Shown here piece after piece: positions 18,679 through 26,939 of a stretch of 60,834 nt of DNA (positions are counted from its first letter, which is position 1; each line of letters opens with the position of its first letter). Origin of the DNA: Kiritimatiellia bacterium (GTDB lineage Bacteria > Verrucomicrobiota > Kiritimatiellia > RFP12 > UBA1067); contig JAGBZX010000041.1 of the NCBI GenBank assembly GCA_017628025.1, positions 1 to 60,834 of the forward strand, read 5' to 3'. A program made the translations under genes and the position numbers. The notes under the pieces are model-generated. The model did not search any database and was not told the DNA's origin. It saw only the letters and a program-made list of their open reading frames with translations.

Positions 18679-19352
18679 TGAATAAGGTCATTGCAGTAGA
18701 TGGACCATCGGGCTCTGGTAAGTCTTCTGTCTCAAAAGCCGTCGGTAAAAAATTGGGCTTTTTGCATGTAGATTCTGGCGCTCTATATCGCATTATGACA
18801 TATCTTGCAATAAAGGAGGGTGTTGACACAACCTCTCCTGAAGCAGTTCAAACTGTCGCAGAAAAGTGTGATATTGAATTAAAGGTTGAAGATGGGGCAA
18901 TTAAGTATTATATTCAAGGGAGAACTCTTGGAGACGAATTGCGTACGCCAGAAATAAATGCGAATGCTAGCTATGTTGCTCGCGTGAAAGAGGTGCGTGA
19001 TAAAATCACCGAACTATTAAGATCCATGACGAAGTTTGGTGATATAATTGTCGAAGGACGCGACATAACAACTGTTGTTTTCCCAGACACTCCTGCTAGA
19101 TTCTTTTTAACTGCCTCCGCCGAAGCAAGAGCTGCTAGGAGACAAAAGGAAGAAGTTGAAAAAGGTATCGCTGCACAAAGTGCCGAGGAAGTAAAGAATT
19201 CCTTATTAATGAGAGATAAAATTGATTCTTCTCGTAAATTTGCACCTCTCCGCAAGGCAGATGGCGTCATAGAAATAGATTCTTCAAATATGACATTAGA
19301 AGAGTCTATAGAGGCAATGTTATCCTCGTTACCTAGTGATTATGTAGCATAA
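18678..19352 (+). CDS. cmk: Cytidylate kinase
   Basis: DGPSGSGKS, DSGALYR, EGRDI.TVVFP, RDKIDS.R..APL. Confidence 0.95.
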   Translation: MNKVIAVDGPSGSGKSSVSKAVGKKLGFLHVDSGALYRIMTYLAIKEGVDTTSPEAVQTVAEKCDIELKVEDGAIKYYIQGRTLGDELRTPEINANASYVARVKEVRDKITELLRSMTKFGDIIVEGRDITTVVFPDTPARFFLTASAEARAARRQKEEVEKGIAAQSAEEVKNSLLMRDKIDSSRKFAPLRKADGVIEIDSSNMTLEESIEAMLSSLPSDYVA

Positions 19353-19367
19353 GATTTTTATTAAATA

Positions 19368-19376
19368 TGATATAAT
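19368..19376 (+). promoter_or_regulatory. Extended -10 (TGATATAAT), 7 bp before the ATG: likely leaderless transcript
   Basis: TATAAT-ACTTTCT-ATG; no SD. Confidence 0.6.
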
Positions 19377-19383
19377 ACTTTCT

Positions 19384-20757
19384 ATGAAAAAGAAACTTAA
19401 ATTCATCGAACAAGAAAAATATACGTCTGAATATATGAACTATCTTGGCTATGCCAAGACAGAAAGACGTAGCTACTCCAAAAGTATAGAGCTTCTCGAA
19501 AAGAAGGGCTTTAAAGAAATTTCAACATTTAAGAGTTTAAAGCCTGGCGATAAGGTTTGGCGTGGATATGAAGATAGAACCTTAATGGCAGCTGTGATTG
19601 GCTCAAAGTCTGTTACCAATGCTGGTATTAAGGTTGTTGGTGGTCATACCGACGCGCCTCGCTTAGATTTAAAACCAATTCCGCTTTTCTCTAAAGGTGG
19701 CTACATTTATCTTGATACGCACATTTATGGCGGCATTAAGAAGTATCAGTGGCTTGTTATGCCTTTGGCTCTTTATGGAACAGTCGTAAAGAAAAATGGC
19801 AAGAAGGTTGATATCGCTATTGGTGATGAGCCAGGTGATCCTATCTTCATGATAAGCGATATTTTACCTCATCTTGGTAAAGACCAAGCACTAAAAAAAC
19901 GCGACGAATTCTTCCCCGCAGAAGATTTAGATGTTATTTGTTGGACAACTCCAAGCAAAGATGATAAGGATAAGAGTGATAAGAAGGGGCTTGTTGAGTA
20001 CCTTAAAAAGACTTATTCTATCACAGAAGAAGATTTAATGTCTGCAGAGTTAGAGATAGTTCCAGCAGGTATGCCTAGAGAGGTTGGCTTTGACCGCTCT
20101 CTCATTGCAGGTTACGGTCACGACGATCGTGTTTGCTCGTTTGCAGGACTTATGGCTCTACTTGATGTCGCTACTAATGGTGTACCAGAAATTACCGCGT
20201 CAATTCTCATGTGTGACAAGGAAGAGGTGGGCTCAATGGGTTCAACTGGTATGCAGAGCTCGTTCTTTGAAAATACAGTTGCAGAAATCATCGAACGGCA
20301 AGAGAAGAATCCCAGAGACATAATGGTTAGGAGGGCGCTCGAAAAATCCACGATGCTTTCTGCCGATGTTACCGCAATTTCAGATCCGCACTTCCCTGAT
20401 GTTGACTCAACAGGCAATAGCTCTAAATTCCATAAGGGACCTTGTGCTTCAAAATACACAGGAGGCACATCTAAGGGCGGCGCAAGCGATTGCTCGCCTG
20501 AGTTTGTTGCAGAAATCCGTCGTATTCTTGATGAAAATGGCGTTACATGGCAGATGGCAGAACTTGGAAAAATGGAGAAGGGTGGCGGCGGAACGATTTC
20601 TCAATTTATGGCTCGTTTTGGCATGAAGGTTCTTGATATGGGCACAGGGCTTTGGAATATGCACGCGCCATGGGAGCTTGCCTCTAAATTTGACTGCTGG
20701 CAAACATATTGTGCATATAGTGCATATTTAAGAGACGGCGGTGCCTCATGCAATTAG
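19384..20757 (+). CDS. M18 family aminopeptidase
   Basis: GHTDAPRLDLKP, YGGIKKYQW, GHDDR, DKEEVGS, SADV, GGGGTI, MHAP. Confidence 0.92.
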   Translation: MKKKLKFIEQEKYTSEYMNYLGYAKTERRSYSKSIELLEKKGFKEISTFKSLKPGDKVWRGYEDRTLMAAVIGSKSVTNAGIKVVGGHTDAPRLDLKPIPLFSKGGYIYLDTHIYGGIKKYQWLVMPLALYGTVVKKNGKKVDIAIGDEPGDPIFMISDILPHLGKDQALKKRDEFFPAEDLDVICWTTPSKDDKDKSDKKGLVEYLKKTYSITEEDLMSAELEIVPAGMPREVGFDRSLIAGYGHDDRVCSFAGLMALLDVATNGVPEITASILMCDKEEVGSMGSTGMQSSFFENTVAEIIERQEKNPRDIMVRRALEKSTMLSADVTAISDPHFPDVDSTGNSSKFHKGPCASKYTGGTSKGGASDCSPEFVAEIRRILDENGVTWQMAELGKMEKGGGGTISQFMARFGMKVLDMGTGLWNMHAPWELASKFDCWQTYCAYSAYLRDGGASCN

Positions 20758-21941
20758 TCACTTCTGCAATTAAAAACTCGATGGCTTCATCGAGTTGGAT
20801 TCGGAAAATGTTCGAGAAGGGGCTCGAACTAAAGCGTGAATTTGGCGAAGAAAACGTTTGCGACTTTTCTCTCGGCAATCCAGATGTTCCGCCACCAGCA
20901 GAAACTTATGAAGCTTTGCTTGAGATTGCAAATACTGTTGTTAAGCCATTAGGACTAGGATATTGTCCAAATGCTGGAATACCTGCAACTAGACAAGCGT
21001 TAGCCAATCATCTTTCTAAGGAGCAAGAAACTGCTCTTAATAAAGATGATGTAGTTGTTTGTGTTGGTGCTGCAGGAGCGCTCGTAAGCTTTTTTAGGGC
21101 TGTTATTGAACCAGGTGACGAGGTTATTACACCTGCGCCTTATTTCGTTGAATATGGCGCATATGTAGGTCATTTTGGCGGCGTCCTCAAAGCTGTAAAA
21201 TCATTAACTCCCAGTTTTAAGCCGGATATTGATGGAATTAAATCAGCTATAACTCCTAAGACAAGAGCGATAATTCTAAACTCTCCAAATAACCCGACTG
21301 GTGCAGTCTATGACGAGCAAACACTTCGCGAAATTGCAAGCATTGTTGATGAAGTAAACATAACTCGTGATAGACCATTATTCTTACTTTTTGATGAGCC
21401 TTACAGGGCTTTTGCTTATGATGGTGTTAAAATTCCACCGGCGCTTCCTTTAACGAAATTTGCGTGTGTTTTTGGCAGCTTCTCAAAAACACTTTCGTTA
21501 GCAGGAGAACGAATTGGCTATTTTGTTGCTAACCCACAGATGCCTGATGTTAAATCTTTAACGCAAGCAGTAACACTTACCAATCGTACATTAGGTTTTG
21601 TTAATGCACCAGTAATAGGGCAGAAGCTAGTTGAAAAATTAGTTGATTCTACTGTAGATTTAGAGATTTACGATAGAAGGCGTAAATTAATGGCAAAGGT
21701 CCTTACTGAAGCTGGTATTGAATTTGAAATGCCAAAAGGAGCTTTTTATTTCTTCGCAAAAAGTCCAGTTGAGGATGATGCCGAGTTTGTCGATGCACTT
21801 TTAAAGGAAAACATTCTTGTTGTTCCTGGTAAAGGCTTTGGCTTTGAAGGCTATATTCGTCTTTCTTGTTCGGTAGATGAAAAGATTATCGAAAGAAGTG
21901 CTCCAGGCTTTAAAAGGGCGGTAGAAAGGATTCGTTCATGA
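20748..21941 (+). CDS. Class I PLP-dependent (aspartate) aminotransferase
   Basis: SWIRKMFE.G, FSLGNP, NSPNNPTG, DEPY, SFSK.LSLAGERIGY. Confidence 0.92.
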   Translation: MQLVTSAIKNSMASSSWIRKMFEKGLELKREFGEENVCDFSLGNPDVPPPAETYEALLEIANTVVKPLGLGYCPNAGIPATRQALANHLSKEQETALNKDDVVVCVGAAGALVSFFRAVIEPGDEVITPAPYFVEYGAYVGHFGGVLKAVKSLTPSFKPDIDGIKSAITPKTRAIILNSPNNPTGAVYDEQTLREIASIVDEVNITRDRPLFLLFDEPYRAFAYDGVKIPPALPLTKFACVFGSFSKTLSLAGERIGYFVANPQMPDVKSLTQAVTLTNRTLGFVNAPVIGQKLVEKLVDSTVDLEIYDRRRKLMAKVLTEAGIEFEMPKGAFYFFAKSPVEDDAEFVDALLKENILVVPGKGFGFEGYIRLSCSVDEKIIERSAPGFKRAVERIRS

Positions 21942-23008
21942 CGATGTTCTCGTTTGTTTTAGCGGCGGCGTTGACGATAAATCCAAAGGAAAAATCTGTC
22001 ACGATTGGCGTAGTTTCCTGTGATCCAGGCGTAGATCAAGAAATAGAATTCTTGATTGTTGGACCCGATTCTGAACATGCTTATGAGTCGCTATTTACGA
22101 CAGAGGCGCCAATTCTAGATATCGCTAAAGCCTTCGAGAAGGTGGGCCTGCCCAAAGGCAAACCTGTTGAGTTTTGCAGTTATTTCCCGACGGGTCATCG
22201 ACTTGAAATGAAGCCTTCAATCTCAGATTTTATTACCGATTCTCAACCTCAAGAAGAATCATTAAAATCTATTGTTTATACTGGCGGAACTCGTCATCAT
22301 GACGATACGCCAGTTGCATCTACCAATATGCCGTTAGCTCTCTTTGCGCTTTATAATTTGCCCCAGTCACTTATCCAACTCGATGACACGTTGCCACAGT
22401 CGCCAACATATGGTCGTTTTAAGGCTAAAAAGAAAATAAAGAAGGGCGAGCGTTTAGAGATTACTTTTAAGTTAGTGCCAAATTCATGCGATAAATATAT
22501 TGACGCTAAGTTTGATGATTTAAAAAGTGCTAAGAATGTTTTGGCTTCGCTTAAAGCAGAAGCTCAAAACGCTCCAATTTCTGTTAAGCCTATTTTTTCA
22601 GAAAATCTTACTGTTGAAGAGGCTACTGCCATAGCGCAGGCGTTAAGAGCTATTCAGTCGCCAAGAGTTAAAATTAATGGTTTAGAAGATAGGCAACTAT
22701 TTTATTCGTCCTTTTTGCCACTTGAGGCTTGGAAAGATCCTAAACTAAGACTAGTGCAACCAGTAGAAATTTTTCTAGGTCAAACACCTGAGAATGATAA
22801 ATTAAGAATCGTTAATGTAGATTGGTCTGATCCAAATTCAAACGAACCAAAATATGAAGAGAAATTTTACAAAGGCGGACAGTTTGATAAAATTGGCAAA
22901 CAAGATACATGCTTAGTTTATGCTAAAAAAGATACGCCACTAAAAAGAATATATGAACTTAAAAGGCGCTATCCCAAAACAATGGTTAATTGGTACGTGT
23001 ACCCGTAG
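21938..23008 (+). CDS. Exported hypothetical protein, possibly with a YdjY-like domain
   Basis: Short signal peptide; EFLIVG...HAYESLFTT resembles a YdjY motif; coupled to the upstream gene. Confidence 0.55.
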   Translation: MTMFSFVLAAALTINPKEKSVTIGVVSCDPGVDQEIEFLIVGPDSEHAYESLFTTEAPILDIAKAFEKVGLPKGKPVEFCSYFPTGHRLEMKPSISDFITDSQPQEESLKSIVYTGGTRHHDDTPVASTNMPLALFALYNLPQSLIQLDDTLPQSPTYGRFKAKKKIKKGERLEITFKLVPNSCDKYIDAKFDDLKSAKNVLASLKAEAQNAPISVKPIFSENLTVEEATAIAQALRAIQSPRVKINGLEDRQLFYSSFLPLEAWKDPKLRLVQPVEIFLGQTPENDKLRIVNVDWSDPNSNEPKYEEKFYKGGQFDKIGKQDTCLVYAKKDTPLKRIYELKRRYPKTMVNWYVYP

Positions 23009-23034
23009 TTTACATAATGCATATTATGCGCATA
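23007..23034 (-). other. Chromosomal dif site (XerC/XerD)
   Basis: Minus strand TATGCGCATAA-TATGCA-TTATGTAAACT. The left arm matches 9/11 of the E. coli XerC arm, and the right arm is identical to the B. subtilis dif right arm as I recall it. Lies about 1 kb from the point where gene orientation flips. Confidence 0.88.
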
Positions 23035-23048
23035 AGGAGAAATAGGCC

Positions 23049-23999
23049 ATGACACAAGATGAATCTTCAAATTCTACGGCCGTCCGTATATACGGCGATT
23101 CAGATGCTTCTGAGGATTTTCCAGTCTTAAAAGCTTTTCAACAGTATATTGACGCAGAGCAAGCTAAAGCTCGGCGCAGAATCGTTTGGTTAAGCGTTGT
23201 TTTTGGTTTTGTAACTATTTCTTTAGTTGCGCTGTTCTTATTTATTATTTCGATTCTTTCTTCGAAATATGAAAATCGTTTGATTAAATTCTCTCAACGC
23301 AATCAAGAACTTAACGATAAACTAGTTGAGTTTGCGATGAAAGAGCGCGAAAAGCCTGTTGTAGATAATTCTGCAAATCAAGCTACCATGAACATCATGA
23401 AAGATGCCATGACTCAGCAGCGCACACAGATAAACGATTTGCAAAATCTTCTTACAGCCGAGCAAAAGCGCTCTAGTGAGCTTATTGTAGCTCACGCGCA
23501 AAGTCAGGCGCAGTTGAACGCTGAGAAGGTCAGATATGAGCGCGAAAAGCAAGAAAGCGAAGACAAAATCAAGCGTGCTACAGCCCTTCTGGTGGCAGAA
23601 AAAGAAAAAATAAAACAAGAGCGTGAAAAATTAAAAAAACAAGAAATTGAGCTTCACAAGCAACGTTTATATCCTGAATACTATAAGAAAAAACAATCGC
23701 AGGAACAATCTCCTGAACAAGACGAGTCTAAAGAAGTAGAAAATATCGCCCCAAAGAAATTACTACCTAAGGCTTCTCAACTAAACCAATCTCCTGCGCC
23801 CAAAAAATTAAATGATGGAGCTGTACGTTATTTTGATACGTATGAAGAAGATTCTCCTGCTAAAAAGCCCTCTTCTCCTACGCCCCCTCCTTCAATAAAT
23901 AATGGCGCAATTAGATATTTTCAAACTGAAACTTCAAGTTCTCAGCAAAAGAGTAACGATAAAGACGTTCAAGATTTACTTTGGGTAATACCAGAGTAA
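23049..23999 (+). CDS. Hypothetical single-TM coiled-coil protein with Pro-rich tail
   Basis: AAGGAG RBS, one TM helix, long E/K/Q coiled coil, two GA(V/I)RYF motifs. Confidence 0.75.
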   Translation: MTQDESSNSTAVRIYGDSDASEDFPVLKAFQQYIDAEQAKARRRIVWLSVVFGFVTISLVALFLFIISILSSKYENRLIKFSQRNQELNDKLVEFAMKEREKPVVDNSANQATMNIMKDAMTQQRTQINDLQNLLTAEQKRSSELIVAHAQSQAQLNAEKVRYEREKQESEDKIKRATALLVAEKEKIKQEREKLKKQEIELHKQRLYPEYYKKKQSQEQSPEQDESKEVENIAPKKLLPKASQLNQSPAPKKLNDGAVRYFDTYEEDSPAKKPSSPTPPPSINNGAIRYFQTETSSSQQKSNDKDVQDLLWVIPE

Positions 24000-24002
24000 T
24001 AA

Positions 24003-24845
24003 TTATACTGTAAACTCGTCAAGCGCTCTAGAAAGCTTTAAAACTGGCCAGAGACGATTCCACCGCGGGATATGCCTCCAGTAACTTAAAAGCTCTTTAA
24101 GCTTGCCTAGGACGGCATTGGAGCTAAATCTCTCCTTAAGAAGGGTTTCTTTGTAATGCATTAACAATATATTAGCGTCATTTCGTTCACCCAAATGCCG
24201 CACAAATGCCCTCCCAATCATAACTGGTGTTTTAAAGGAATGAGTCATTTGTATATCGCCATTAGCAACGATTGGAATTTTAGATAATTTAATTATCTCG
24301 TTAAGGCGCTCAATATCACATGAACCTTCGTACATTTGCTTGGCAGTTCTAGAATGCACAGTGATAAAGCGCAATGGATAACGATTAAAGACGTCTATGA
24401 ATTTAAAAAGCTCGTCTGGAGAATTTATACCTAATCTAGTTTTTATAGAAAAGCACCCTTCTCCCATAATTGAACACCCACCTTCTATCATGGACTCTAA
24501 TAAAGAAGGATTTGCTAAAAGCCCAGCTCCCCTACATTTATTTCTAACCACTGGATAAGGACATCCAACATTTAAATCTGCTGTTTTATAGCCGGCATCT
24601 AAGATTCGTTTGAGAGATTCCTTTAATGCATAAGGATCTTTACCGATAAATTGTGGTGTTAGAAAGATGCTTTCGCCCCCTTCTAATTCTCTATCACGTA
24701 AAACATCGTAACTAGATGATGCAGGTATAAACGGCGTAACAGCCTCGTCAAATCCTGCTTCTGTAAGTTGTTGAGCAAACGCTAATCTAAACGAGCGTGT
24801 GGTTACACCTCTTAATGGAGCTAGTATTTGACGAGAGTTGTTCAC
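24003..24845 (-). CDS. tRNA-dihydrouridine synthase family protein
   Basis: LAPLRGVT, DLNVGCPYP, GAGLL, SIKTRLG, VHSRTAKQMY, ANGDI, MIGR. Confidence 0.88.
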   Translation of the reverse strand: MNNSRQILAPLRGVTTRSFRLAFAQQLTEAGFDEAVTPFIPASSSYDVLRDRELEGGESIFLTPQFIGKDPYALKESLKRILDAGYKTADLNVGCPYPVVRNKCRGAGLLANPSLLESMIEGGCSIMGEGCFSIKTRLGINSPDELFKFIDVFNRYPLRFITVHSRTAKQMYEGSCDIERLNEIIKLSKIPIVANGDIQMTHSFKTPVMIGRAFVRHLGERNDANILLMHYKETLLKERFSSNAVLGKLKELLSYWRHIPRWNRLWPVLKLSRALDEFTV

Positions 24846-26446
24846 TTGCGGCGTTGTGCAGCCTCGTGATATTCAGAATAAGTTCCTTCAAACCAAACTG
24901 TGCGGCCTGAACTTTCGAATGCAAGGATGTGTGTTGCAATTCTATCAAGAAACCATCTGTCATGAGAGACTACCATTACGCAACCACCAAATTCTTGAAG
25001 ACCTTCTTCTAAGGAGCGAAGAGTCGCCACATCAAGGTCATTGGTAGGTTCGTCTAAAAGTAAAAGATTACCACCGCTAGCAAGAAGCTTAGCTAGGTGA
25101 ACTCTGTTGCGTTCACCACCAGAAAGAACACCAACCTTCTTCTGCTGCTCAGGGCCTCTAAAGTTAAATCTAGAGCAATACGCACGGCCATTCATCATCG
25201 TGGTGCCTGCAAGCTTAACAAATTCACCACCGCCTGTAATTGCTTCATAAACAGTTTCATCGGCTTTAAGTTCGCTACGAGTTTGATCGACATACGCTAA
25301 TTTAACTGTTTCACCAACGCGTAATTCTCCCGCTGTTGGCTTAAGCTGCCCAGTAATTAATTTAAAGAGCGTTGTCTTACCTGCGCCATTTGCACCAATT
25401 ACACCAACGATGCCTCCTCGTGGAAGATTAAAGTTTAGATCATCATAGAGGATCCTGTCGTCAAATGCCATTTTAACGTGTTCAGCTTTAACGACTAAAT
25501 CACCAAGCCTTGGCCCTGGTGGGATGCGTATAACTAAATCATCTTCCTTTGTGGAAACATCACGCTTTTGAAGTTCTTCATAACGTTCGACACGAGCCTT
25601 AGATTTTGCATGGCGCCCTGAAGGATTTGTCTGAATCCACTTAAGTTCATTCTCAAGAAGTTTCTGACGCGATTTTTCAACCTTTGCCTCGCGTTCTAGC
25701 ATCGACTGCTTTTGTTCTAGCCACTTCTCATAGTTGCCCTTATATGGGTAGCAAATGCCGTGGTCAATTTCTAGAATCCATTCAGTAACCTCTGATAAGA
25801 AGTATCTATCGTGTGTAACGACGATTAATGTGCCTTTAAACTCTTTTAAGTATGCTTCAAGACGAAATGTAGTGTCTGCGTCTAAATGGTTTGTAGGTTC
25901 GTCTAAAAGCAAAACATCAGGATTAGAAAGCAGTAATCTTGCAATTGCAACGCGCCTGCGTTCACCGCCAGAAAGAACCTTAATTGGGCGATCGCCAGGA
26001 GGACAACATAAGTCAGCCATACGACGCTCTACGAGATTTTCTAGATTCCAATAATCATTCCTATCAATAATCTCTTGAAGACGTTCCATCTCAGCTGCAG
26101 CTTTTGGATCGTCTAGCTCACAGCAAAGATCTTCATAGCGCTCTACCATTTTCTGCGCTTCTTCAACACCTTCCATGACAGTTTCAAGAACTGTCTTTGA
26201 ATCATCTAAAACAGGTTCCTGAGGAAGATAGCCAACTTTAGTGCCTTTAGCTACTTGCACAGTACCCATTAAATCTGTATCTATGCCAGCGAGAATTTTT
26301 AGAAGCGATGATTTACCAGCACCATTAGCACCTATAACGCCGATATGAGCGCCATAGAAAAAAGAAAGATTAACGTCTTTAAGAATCGTTTTTGTGCCCT
26401 GCTGTTTCGTAACGTCTATTAGGCTAAATTGATATTCACCGGCCAT
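24842..26446 (-). CDS. ettA: ABC-F translational throttle EttA
   Basis: LSFFYGA.IGVIG.NGAGKS, two ABC domains, AKSKARV..YE, IPPGPRLG, LSGGERNRVHLA. Confidence 0.93.
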   Translation of the reverse strand: MAGEYQFSLIDVTKQQGTKTILKDVNLSFFYGAHIGVIGANGAGKSSLLKILAGIDTDLMGTVQVAKGTKVGYLPQEPVLDDSKTVLETVMEGVEEAQKMVERYEDLCCELDDPKAAAEMERLQEIIDRNDYWNLENLVERRMADLCCPPGDRPIKVLSGGERRRVAIARLLLSNPDVLLLDEPTNHLDADTTFRLEAYLKEFKGTLIVVTHDRYFLSEVTEWILEIDHGICYPYKGNYEKWLEQKQSMLEREAKVEKSRQKLLENELKWIQTNPSGRHAKSKARVERYEELQKRDVSTKEDDLVIRIPPGPRLGDLVVKAEHVKMAFDDRILYDDLNFNLPRGGIVGVIGANGAGKTTLFKLITGQLKPTAGELRVGETVKLAYVDQTRSELKADETVYEAITGGGEFVKLAGTTMMNGRAYCSRFNFRGPEQQKKVGVLSGGERNRVHLAKLLASGGNLLLLDEPTNDLDVATLRSLEEGLQEFGGCVMVVSHDRWFLDRIATHILAFESSGRTVWFEGTYSEYHEAAQRRK

Positions 26447-26470
26447 AGTTATGTAAGTTTAAGATTTTTT

Positions 26471-26508
26471 AGAAAAGAGACGCGAGCACGGTAAAGCGCT
26501 CGCGCCCT
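26471..26508 (-). terminator. Intrinsic terminator after hup
   Basis: Minus strand GCGCGAGCGC-TTTACC-GTGCTCGCGT followed by CTCTTTTCT. Confidence 0.65.
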
Positions 26509-26536
26509 AGAGCATCCAATGATGCTACGCCTTTAA

Positions 26537-26824
26537 TTAAGCGAGAACAGCATCCTTGGCGGCCTTTGCCACGCGGAACTTGACAACCTTCTTAGCGGCG
26601 ATTTTAATCTTTTCGCCAGTAGCGGGGTTGTGGCCCCAGCGAGCCTTGCGGCTCACCTTGATGAGTTTGCCGAGACCGGGGATAACGATGCCCTTAGCGG
26701 ACTTCGCACCGGCATAGGCGATCTTGAGGAGTTCGTCATATGCAGTAACTGCCTGCTTCTTTGTGATGCCGGCAGCTGCGGCGATTGCGGTCATGATTTC
26801 ACTCTTCGTTTGAATCTTAGCCAT
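26537..26824 (-). CDS. hup: HU-family DNA-binding protein
   Basis: TKSEI...IA..AGITKKQA, IPGLGKL, RKAR.G.NPATGEKIKIAAKKVVKFR. Confidence 0.93.
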   Translation of the reverse strand: MAKIQTKSEIMTAIAAAAGITKKQAVTAYDELLKIAYAGAKSAKGIVIPGLGKLIKVSRKARWGHNPATGEKIKIAAKKVVKFRVAKAAKDAVLA

Positions 26825-26877
26825 TTTGTTTGCTCCTATTGGATAATCGAGGACTATCCTCGACTTATTTATTACGT

Positions 26878-26906
26878 ATTTTATCTAATTTACACAACTC
26901 ATGCAA
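26878..26906 (-). promoter_or_regulatory. Sigma70-type promoter of hup (TTGCAT-17 bp-TAAAAT)
   Basis: Exact 17-bp spacing; hairpin TCGAGGA-CTA-TCCTCGA in the 5' UTR. Confidence 0.6.
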
Positions 26907-26939
26907 GCAAAATCGTAAAAAAAGCCTTATTTTATTACC

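Noticed and set aside
26537-26824. hup as horizontally acquired because of higher GC and C/G-ending codons
   Set aside because: Better explained by codon optimisation of a highly expressed gene; it has a normal promoter and terminator.
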